Assembly: GCA_038523235.1 (NCBI GenBank)
Contig: JBCBJQ010000138.1
Coordinates: 1 to 13,045 of the forward strand
DNA length: 13,045 nt
DNA from: Cyanobacteria bacterium J06626_4
GTDB lineage: Bacteria; Cyanobacteriota; Cyanobacteriia; Phormidesmidales; Phormidesmidaceae
Direction: 5' to 3'
Part shown: positions 1 through 7,195 of the stretch, piece after piece
Layout of the letters: each line of letters opens with the position of its first letter
How positions within the stretch are numbered: position 1 is the stretch's first letter
Made by a program: the position numbers and the translations under genes
Notes under the pieces: model-generated
What the model was told of the DNA's origin: nothing
What the model saw: the letters and a program-made list of their open reading frames with translations, nothing else
Databases searched by the model: none

Positions 1-1703
1 GTCATGAAGGCCTGACCTGGGATGTGGCCTTCAGTGCAGACCGTCAAATCATTGCATCCCACAGCGATGACCAGACTGTGAAGCTTTGGAACTGGCAAGG
101 AGAACTCCTCCAAACTCTCTCTGGACATACCGATAATCCTTGGAGCAAAGCTTTTAGCCCCGATGGAGAACTCATCGCGACCAGTGGAGCCGATAAAACC
201 GTCAGACTTTGGAACTTGAATGGCGAGCTCTTACAAACTCTGACGGGCCATGAAGATACGGTTCGCATGGTGGCTTTCAGCCCAGATGGACAAATACTCG
301 CCTCAGCCAGTCGCGACAACACGATCAAACTTTGGAATCGAGAAGGGCAACTCATCAAAACCTTGACAGGACATACTCGCCAAGTAAATTGGATACGGTT
401 TGATCAGGATAACCAAACCCTTGTCTCCTCTAGTGCAGACGGCACGATTAAGCAGTGGGGACTAGATGGAACTTTATTGCAAACATTGACGGGACATACG
501 AGTTGGGTTTCGGATCTTGTTTGGAGTTCAGATGGTCAAACGTTAATATCCGGCAGCGGCGACCGAACCGTCAAGCTTTGGCAATTGACAGGCAACACCT
601 CAACTACGCTGAAAGGCCACAATACCTCTGTTAGAGCCGCTCAATATAGTCCTGATGGTCAGACGCTGGTCACAGGAGACGGTTATGGCCCCTTGAAATT
701 TTGGACCGCTGACGGTGAGCTGATTCGCACCGTTGACGGCCATGGGTATGATGATGGGCTCGGTACCTTTACCGTCAGTCCAGATGGTCAATTCATTGCC
801 TCCATCAGCGATAGTGGGCCAGTTGCCATCCTCTGGAATTCTCAAGGGGAAATACTACACACGCTAGAAGTCGAAGACGGATCTAGACCACGGGTAAGGT
901 TTAGCCCTGATGGAAAAATCCTGCTGACTGCCCGGAGTGGCGTTATCCGGCTCTGGAATTTGGACGGAGAACTTTTGCAGACGCTGACCACCGATGCAGA
1001 ATATATTCACGACATTGCCTTCAGTCCTGACAATCAAACCCTGGTATCGGCTAGCAGTGACGGCACTCTCAAAACTTGGAGTGTCGAGGGTGAATTGCTG
1101 AATAGTTTGGGCGATCGAGAAGCACCTTATTACGCAGTGACGTTTAGCCCCGATGGACAGTATCTGGTGACGGGCACTGAGGATAACACCGTACAGCTTT
1201 GGAATGCCAATGGTGAGCTGCTACACACGCTCGCAGGTCATACCGATGCAATAGTCGATATTCTGTTTAGTCCCGACGGTCAAACGATCATCTCTGCCAG
1301 CGAAGATGGCAACATCAAGTTTTGGCATCTAGATGGTGAGCTAGTGAATTCGGCCAAGGCCGAGGCAGTAGGAATTTGGGAAGGAATTTGGGACATCGCT
1401 TTGAGCCCTGACGGATAGACATTAGCCACCGCTAGAGAAGACTACACCATCAAGCTCTGGTCGATGAGAGGCGAGCTTTTACAGACCCTAGTTGGTCATG
1501 ATGGTTGGGTGCTAAATCTAGAATTCAGTCCTGACGGCAAAACTCTTGCCTCCAGTAGCTTCGATAGAACCGCTATCTTATGGAATTTAGAAGCGCTGGA
1601 GTTTGGGGCGTTGATGCAGCGGGGCTGTGAGTGGTGGCGCGAGTACACCGAGTATCAAGCCCCCTCACCCGACCCGCAACGCGAGATTTGCGAGGATATT
1701 TGA
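1..1703 (+). pseudogene. WD40 repeat (beta-propeller) protein, 5'-truncated by the window edge and interrupted by an in-frame TAG at 1416-1418
   Basis: The frame is open from position 3 (HEGLTWDVAFSADR...), so the gene starts upstream of the window. Thirteen GH...FSPDG...W repeats are visible. ORFs 24-1418 and 1464-1703 share a frame, and the bridge reads SPDG*TLATAREDYTIKLWS, a normal WD40 blade. The C-terminal LMQRGCEWWREY resembles the tail of cyanobacterial NTPase-WD40 proteins (recalled, not searched). Confidence 0.88.
1608..1693 (+). repeat. 86-bp direct repeat, copy 1 (3' end of the WD40 gene)
   Basis: Aligns without gaps to 2206-2291 with 5 mismatches (1611/2209, 1632/2230, 1641/2239, 1657/2255, 1665/2263). 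Confidence 0.97.
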
Positions 1704-1762
1704 GCCCGCAACCAATACTTTTACAGGTGATATCGTTAAGCAAAGACTCGGGAAGCTTGACC

Positions 1763-2197
1763 ATGCTTCAGACGAAAACCCTCTACGATCGCGATTTTAA
1801 TCTTTGGGTGGCCGCACAGCAGGCAGCCCTTCAGGAACATCGCTACACCGATTTAGACCTGCCTAACTTAATTGAGGAACTGGACGGCTTGACCAAGCGA
1901 GATAAACGAGCGTTGAAAAGTCATCTGCGCGTTTTACTCACCCATCTCCTGAAGTGGCAATATCAGCCCCAAAAACGTTCACCCAGTTGGCAAGCTTCTA
2001 TCGATAACGCCCGGGTCGAAATTGCCGATATTTTGGATGATAGTCCTAGCCTGCGCAACTACTTACCGGAAATTCTCTCCCAGTGCTATCAGTTCGCTCG
2101 CAAACAAGCATCCAAAGAAACGCACCTCTCTACTGACACCTTTCCGAGCGATTGCCCATACTCTTTAGAGCAAGCACTTAAAGATGATGAAGAATAA
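1763..2197 (+). CDS. DUF29 family protein (144 aa)
   Basis: Family motifs LYDRDFNLW, DLPNLIEEL, LLTHLLKWQYQP, RSPSWQASI, SPSLRNY and FPSDCPYSLEQ are present. ATG at 1763 is the plausible start; the ORF-track extension to 1631 overlaps the WD40 gene. Confidence 0.93.
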   Translation: MLQTKTLYDRDFNLWVAAQQAALQEHRYTDLDLPNLIEELDGLTKRDKRALKSHLRVLLTHLLKWQYQPQKRSPSWQASIDNARVEIADILDDSPSLRNYLPEILSQCYQFARKQASKETHLSTDTFPSDCPYSLEQALKDDEE

Positions 2198-2205
2198 CCC
2201 TTCGT

Positions 2206-2291
2206 GCGCTGATGCAGCGGGGCTGTGAGGGGTGGCGCAAGTACACCGAGTATCGAGCCCCCCCACCCGACCCGCAACGCGAGATTTGCGA
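2206..2291 (+). repeat. 86-bp direct repeat, copy 2: orphan duplicate of the WD40 3' end
   Basis: 81/86 identical to 1608-1693 at an offset of 598 bp. The frame reads ALMQRGCEGWRKYTEYRAPPPDPQREICDGLHKEG* to TAA at 2311-2313. Confidence 0.97.
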
Positions 2292-2452
2292 CGGTCTTCA
2301 CAAGGAAGGATAAATGGGTGACTGAGACGTCCTAAAAAATAGGGACAAAATGGGAGGAGAAAAGCGACAAGCTATTGCTGAAGAAAGTTTAATAAGTCCA
2401 GGACTGACGCCGTTGCATCCGGTTTTGATCTCACTGCATCGTGCGATCGCCG

Positions 2453-2519
2453 AGTTCATGACTGAGTGCTTAACCCGCTGTGATTCTGGTGAGAATCATC
2501 TCAGTTCATGACGAAGTGC
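2453..2519. promoter_or_regulatory. Two 17-bp direct repeats flanking a 7-4-7 inverted repeat; candidate operator region
   Basis: AGTTCATGACTGAGTGC (2453-2469) and AGTTCATGACGAAGTGC (2503-2519) flank TGATTCT-ggtg-AGAATCA (2481-2498). Function is inferred only. Confidence 0.4.
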
Positions 2520-2527
2520 CCCATTTG

Positions 2528-2546
2528 AGATTAAGTTTTGGTTAAG
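2528..2546 (-). promoter_or_regulatory. Pho-box-like (SphR/PhoB-type) tandem repeat
   Basis: The minus strand reads CTTAACCA-aaa-CTTAATCT, two matches to YTTAAYYW with 11-bp periodicity. Only two units are present, in reverse orientation to the TPR gene. Confidence 0.35.
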
Positions 2547-2576
2547 CTGGAGGCCCTTTAGCCAAAAAATAATCTG

Positions 2577-3062
2577 ATGTCTCCTCAAATTCTGATCTCG
2601 ACCCTGCTTTCAGCGCTGCTCGCTGGCAGCCTGATCGCCCCAGCTCAAGCCAGCGATAGTGATCGGAATGAAGGGGGGCTGTCGGCTCCGCCAACAACTG
2701 CCGAAACTCTTTACAGACAGGGCGTGTTGCAATATCAGAAAGGTGACCTAGAAGCGGCGATCGCCCTTTACACCCAGGCGTTAACGCTTGACCCTGATGC
2801 CGTCACCATCTACAGCGCTCGGGCTGGGGCCTTGGGTCAGTTAGAAGAGTATGAAGCCGCGATCAGCGACTACAGTATCGCCATTGCTCTGGATGAGACC
2901 TTGGCTGCTGCCTATGGGGGTAGAGGATTGGCGCGATCGCTCAAGGGAGAAATCAACGCCGGGGTTCAGGATCTCTGGATTGCCGCTCAACTCTTTCGAG
3001 AACAGGACAAAATTGACCAGTACTTCGAGACCCTGGCCATTATCGAAGGCATTGCGCCCTAG
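2577..3062 (+). CDS. Secreted/periplasmic tetratricopeptide repeat (TPR) protein
   Basis: Hydrophobic N-terminus ending in an AQA signal peptidase motif, followed by about 3 TPRs (LYRQGVLQYQKGDLEAAIALYTQAL; IYSARAGALGQLEEYEAAISDYSIAI; AYGGRGLARSLKGEINAGVQDL). Confidence 0.88.
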   Translation: MSPQILISTLLSALLAGSLIAPAQASDSDRNEGGLSAPPTTAETLYRQGVLQYQKGDLEAAIALYTQALTLDPDAVTIYSARAGALGQLEEYEAAISDYSIAIALDETLAAAYGGRGLARSLKGEINAGVQDLWIAAQLFREQDKIDQYFETLAIIEGIAP

Positions 3063-3169
3063 ATTGAGTGGCTGATTTTTGCCCCTGATGCAAAGCTCCC
3101 AAATACGGCAAACTACACTCTGATCAAGTCACACCAGATGGGTGAAATCGTCATTTGACAAACCCCTTA

Positions 3170-3190
3170 ATTCCGCATTCCGCATTCTGC
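3170..3190 (+). repeat. Heptamer tandem repeat (STRR-like)
   Basis: ATTCCGC-ATTCCGC-ATTCTGC in the TPR-murJ intergenic region. Confidence 0.55.
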
Positions 3191-3324
3191 TATCCCAGTG
3201 TCATTGCGATCGAGTCACTCTGCGGAAGTCTTCCAGGAGTCTCCCGCACCGTCAGGAAAATCAGCTCTGGCCCCAATTCGCGATTAAATGGGTGAGGATT
3301 CCCTCAACCGATGTAGCCTGCCCT

Positions 3325-4932
3325 GTGTCTGATACCAAGCCCAGCCGTTCTCTTGCCCGCATTGCCAGCATTGTCGCCGCCGCGACGCTGATTAGTAAGG
3401 TCTTTGGCCTGGTACGACAGCAGGCGATCGCCGCCGCCTTTGCGGTAGGGCCGGTGGCCGATGCCTATAACTTTGCCTACGTCATTCCAGGGTTCCTGTT
3501 GGTACTGCTGGGGGGCATCAACGGCCCCTTTCACAGCGCCATTGTCAGCGTGGTGGCCAAGCGCGATCGCGAAGATGTGGGCGAACTGGTCGAATCCATC
3601 AGCACCCTAGTCACCGTGGTGCTCATCGGCGTCGCCCTGGCGATGGTTTTTCTGGCGGCGCCCATCATTGATTTTGTGGCCCAAGGGTTGGGCGATACCG
3701 AGCCACTGGCCCGAGAAATCGCGATTCGTCAGCTACAAATCATGGCCCCGATGGCGGTCTTTGCGGGCTTGATTGGCATTGGCTTTGGCACGCTGAATGC
3801 GGATGATCAATATTGGCTACCCTCCGTCAGCCCCATGTTTTCGAGTGTGGCGGTGATTGTGGGCTTGGGGCTGCTTTACGCTGCGATCGGCGCAGATATC
3901 AGCAACCCCGATTACTTTTTGCTGGGTGGGGCGGTGTTGGCCGGCACCACGCTGCTGGGGGCGGTGATGCAGTGGTTGGTGCAGCTGCCCGCCCTATGGC
4001 GATCGGGCCTGGGCCGATTACGGTTGCGCTTCAATTGGCGCGACCCCGGAGTCCGCGATGTCTTTAAGATTTTGGCCCCGGCCACGTTTTCTTCCGGCAT
4101 GATGCAGATCAATGTCTTCACCGATCTGTTTTTTGCCTCCTATATTCCAGCGACAGCCGCCGCATTGGGATATGCCACCTTGCTGGTGCAAACGCCCCTG
4201 GGCATCATTTCTAACGTGATTTTGGTGCCATTCTTACCCATCTTTTCTCGGTTGACGGCCCCCGCAGACTGGCCCGAACTCAAAGAGCGCATTCGTCAAA
4301 GCCTGATGATGGCGGCCCTGACGATGCTACCGCTGGGGGCGCTGATCATGACCCTGGCGCTGCCCATCGTACAGGTGATTTACGAGCGGGGCGCCTTTGA
4401 TCTGAGAGCCGCTGAGATTGTGACCTCGGTGTTGGTGGCCTATGGCTTGGGCATGTTTGTGTATCTCGCACGGGATGTTTTGGTGCGCGTTTACTATGCC
4501 TTGGGGGATGGCCAAACGCCCTTTCGCATCAGTTTGGTCAACATTGGGTTGAATGCCGTTCTCGACTTTTTCTTTATTCGCTGGTTTGGCGCACCGGGCT
4601 TGGTGTTGGCGACGGTTGGGGTCAACATCACTTCAACAATCGCTCTAGTGGCCTTGCTTGATCGCAAACTCAACGGCCTACCCTGGCTGCAGTGGGGCCG
4701 CACCATTTTGATGTTGAGCTTGCTGAGCGGTTTGGCGGGGTTAGCGGCTTGGGGCACCCGCTTAGGCCTGGAACAGGTTTTGGGCATTGAAGGCTTTATC
4801 AATCGGCTATTGCAGCTGGCGATCGCCAGCACAGCAGGGATTGCGGTGTTTAGCTTAGGCACCGTCGCCCTGCGGATTCCCGAGGCCACGCTATTAGTCG
4901 AACGCCTCACGGCCCGCTTTAGGCGGCGTTAG
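3325..4932 (+). CDS. murJ: Lipid II flippase MurJ (MviN)
   Basis: Motifs ATLISKVFGLVRQ, DAYNFAYVIP, GGINGPFHSA, QINVFTDLFFAS, YERGAF and RVYYALGDGQTPF, with many transmembrane segments. Start placed at GTG 3325 (MSDTKPSRSL) because the upstream extension from 3142 does not look MurJ-like. Confidence 0.95.
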   Translation: MSDTKPSRSLARIASIVAAATLISKVFGLVRQQAIAAAFAVGPVADAYNFAYVIPGFLLVLLGGINGPFHSAIVSVVAKRDREDVGELVESISTLVTVVLIGVALAMVFLAAPIIDFVAQGLGDTEPLAREIAIRQLQIMAPMAVFAGLIGIGFGTLNADDQYWLPSVSPMFSSVAVIVGLGLLYAAIGADISNPDYFLLGGAVLAGTTLLGAVMQWLVQLPALWRSGLGRLRLRFNWRDPGVRDVFKILAPATFSSGMMQINVFTDLFFASYIPATAAALGYATLLVQTPLGIISNVILVPFLPIFSRLTAPADWPELKERIRQSLMMAALTMLPLGALIMTLALPIVQVIYERGAFDLRAAEIVTSVLVAYGLGMFVYLARDVLVRVYYALGDGQTPFRISLVNIGLNAVLDFFFIRWFGAPGLVLATVGVNITSTIALVALLDRKLNGLPWLQWGRTILMLSLLSGLAGLAAWGTRLGLEQVLGIEGFINRLLQLAIASTAGIAVFSLGTVALRIPEATLLVERLTARFRRR

Positions 4933-4990
4933 GTGATTTTCGCGCAAAACAAACCCGTCTCTGCCAGTATCTTTTTGGCTGGGAATTTCC

Positions 4991-5902
4991 CTAGTCAGGC
5001 GGTGTGAACACCACTTGGGGCAGCAGTCGAGTCTCGTCGGTGTCGGGCACAAAAGCCCATTCGGTCATGCCTAAAAATCGATCGCCTGGCCCAAACACCT
5101 GATAGTGCTGGCAGTTCAAGTCCGCCTCTTGGAAGCGATGGGGAATTTTTTGTCCCTGCTGCCAACGCCTCGCCGCGTCTGCAGACAGCACAATGCGGGG
5201 ATGGTGTTTGAGGACGATCGCCGGAGCAATGGGGGTGTAGCTGTCGGTTTGCAGCTGCGCTTCTAACTGCTCGAGGGAAAGGCTGCTTTCGAGCGTGAAG
5301 CCGCTGCTTTTTGTCCGTTCTAACCCGGCTAAGGTGCCACCCACGCCGAGGAGAGCGCCCAAATCACGGGCAATGGCGCGAATGTAGGTGCCTGCACCGC
5401 AGGCGATATCTACGGTGAGTTCAGGAAACTCGCCCGGCTGCCAGGCGACCGGGGTGATATGGTGCACCGTGACGGTGCGTGTGGGCACGTCAATGGCTTT
5501 GCCCCGGCGGGCCAGATCATACAGCCGTTGCCCCTGCACCTGAATGGCGCTATAGCGGGGCGGCACCTGCTCGATGGTGCCAATAAAGGTAGACAAGGGG
5601 GCGATCGCGGCTGATTCGGTGAGTGACGGAGCGCCCGCTGAGTAACAGACTTCTCCTTCGAGATCGTCGGTGGTGGTAATGACGCCAAGGCGAATGACGG
5701 CTCGATAGGCTTTATCGGGCGGCAAAAACTGCAGCAAACGGGTCGCTCGTCCCAGGGCAATGGGCAGCACGCCTGCAGCCTTGGGATCTAGGGTGCCGCC
5801 ATGGCCGACCTTTTTGAGATTGAGTAAGCGTCGTACCTTCGCCACACAATCATGGGAGGTCCAGCCGACAGGCTTATATAAATTGAGAAATCCGGCGATC
5901 AC
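4991..5902 (-). CDS. truB: tRNA pseudouridine(55) synthase TruB
   Basis: Motifs GFLNLYKPVGWTSHD, KVGHGGTLDP (catalytic Asp), QVPPRYSAI, GQRLYDLAR and GTYIRAIARDLG. Confidence 0.97.
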   Translation of the reverse strand: MIAGFLNLYKPVGWTSHDCVAKVRRLLNLKKVGHGGTLDPKAAGVLPIALGRATRLLQFLPPDKAYRAVIRLGVITTTDDLEGEVCYSAGAPSLTESAAIAPLSTFIGTIEQVPPRYSAIQVQGQRLYDLARRGKAIDVPTRTVTVHHITPVAWQPGEFPELTVDIACGAGTYIRAIARDLGALLGVGGTLAGLERTKSSGFTLESSLSLEQLEAQLQTDSYTPIAPAIVLKHHPRIVLSADAARRWQQGQKIPHRFQEADLNCQHYQVFGPGDRFLGMTEWAFVPDTDETRLLPQVVFTPPD

Positions 5903-6271
5903 GGTTAGAGGTCACTGAACAATGGAATGGGTGACTCAGCAGCTCACCCAGGTCGCGATCGCCCTTACCGTTAACGGTTCGGAACTCGCGATGGTTTAGA
6001 CATCCACTTTAACAAGGCCAAAAGGGATTCACGAGTCCCTGACTGGCAAGTTGCCAAGTATCGCTTAATTTAGCGCCAGTGCTCGGCAATTTCATCCCAT
6101 TTATCGCTTGTTCACAGTTTGGCTTGCCAGTGAGAAGGTGTATTCATCTGACAGCAATTTCAGCGAGTCCATTCGGTGCTTGTCTACAAACCCGAGATGA
6201 CGAGCGCTATTTACTGAACTGATCGTCATTTGCCGCAATTGAGCGGTCTCGTTCAGACAAATGAGAGTGCT

Positions 6272-6691
6272 TTACAGCTGAGGCCCACTAATGCACAGGA
6301 TAGGCGGACTGCAGATGACCTTCACGGCTCCGAACTCACCTGCCAAATGCCAAGTATTGCTCCCAGTACGCTCGAATACGTCGATACACCCGTAGTCATC
6401 GGCTTCGAGTGAACTGCGGATCGGCTTGATTTCACTCAAGGCAGGCAAACCTACTACATGCTCAACGGCGGGGAGCATCAATACTCCGCGTTTGTAGCAG
6501 GTGTAGCGATCAGGAAGCGGTGATTCGTATGAAGGATGATCGGGCCAGAGACTGCATTCAAGAGCGAAACAGAGATCACTCTGCTGCAGCCTCCAAGAAA
6601 GAACAAAGGTATCAGACAGATCGACACCCGAGAATCCCCACTGTCCTTGTTGATTGTCCGCCTCTTGTCTTAGGGCGCTGTCACCTTTCAT
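6272..6691 (-). CDS. Hypothetical protein (about 139 aa), probable accessory gene
   Basis: Protein-like pattern GVDLSDTFVL...LECSLWPDHPSY...YTCYKRG...DYGCID...GEFG resembles a small uncharacterised family recalled from other phyla (not verified). Start uncertain. Confidence 0.7.
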   Translation of the reverse strand: MKGDSALRQEADNQQGQWGFSGVDLSDTFVLSWRLQQSDLCFALECSLWPDHPSYESPLPDRYTCYKRGVLMLPAVEHVVGLPALSEIKPIRSSLEADDYGCIDVFERTGSNTWHLAGEFGAVKVICSPPILCISGPQL

Positions 6692-6989
6692 CTCTTATTC
6701 GTAGAGTCTGAGTCTTTTTTCAGCATGCAATAATCTTGCCGCAGACGTACCGCTCACAGGTCTTAAGCCGCTCGGTTTTTATCGGTATCGCGGGGAATCT
6801 TGAGACAGAGATGGGTGCGATCACGCTTGCGAATAATCCCCGCCGACGTTCGACGTTAACACAGCCCACCCACAATTGGTGGATCCGGTGCTGACAGTTG
6901 TGGCAAACAACGACAGGTGGCTACGATGCCACCAGTTCTGAGGCCATGAGGGCACACTAAAGACGTTCCTAGAGGATGTCTGTGGCACT

Positions 6990-7187
6990 ATGACTTCTCA
7001 AAATTTGACCTTAGCGATTGCTGATTTATACGCGCGGACGATCGCAACCGGAAAAATCACCCACAGTCATCGGCGGGTGTTATCCGAAGCGGCCAGTTCA
7101 CTGGAATTAAAAGACCACGATCGCACTGCAATTGACGGCCTGTTACGGGCAATCCATGGCGGTCAGCTCAGCGTGGTTGATGAGTGA
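6990..7187 (+). CDS. Small conserved cyanobacterial hypothetical protein (65 aa)
   Basis: The pattern IADLYA...GKIT...AIDGLLRAIHGGQLSVVDE resembles a small cyanobacterial family. AGAGGA lies upstream at 6971-6976. The gene converges on purB with an 8-bp gap. Confidence 0.72.
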   Translation: MTSQNLTLAIADLYARTIATGKITHSHRRVLSEAASSLELKDHDRTAIDGLLRAIHGGQLSVVDE

Positions 7188-7195
7188 GACGATCG

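Noticed and set aside
1416..1418. Genome-wide TAG recoding or pyrrolysine
   Set aside because: TAG ends murJ, truB and purB at plausible C-termini, and no Pyl machinery is visible.
1631..1762. N-terminal extension of the DUF29 ORF
   Set aside because: It overlaps the WD40 3' end in another frame; DUF29 motifs begin only after ATG 1763.
1608..2291. Diversity-generating retroelement VR/TR pair
   Set aside because: The mismatches (T/C, T/G, G/A, A/G, T/C) are not confined to adenines of one copy, and no reverse transcriptase is in the window.
2453..2519. Mini CRISPR array
   Set aside because: Only two repeats of 17 bp, shorter than CRISPR repeats, and no cas genes.
3087..3115. c-di-GMP-I riboswitch (GCAAAGC and GGCAAAC words)
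   Set aside because: The words are in the wrong order and there is no GNRA-capped stem between them.
3142..3324. Long N-terminal extension of MurJ, and TTGACA at 3155-3160 as a promoter
   Set aside because: The extension is not MurJ-like and contains a heptamer repeat. No acceptable -10 lies 16-18 bp after the TTGACA.
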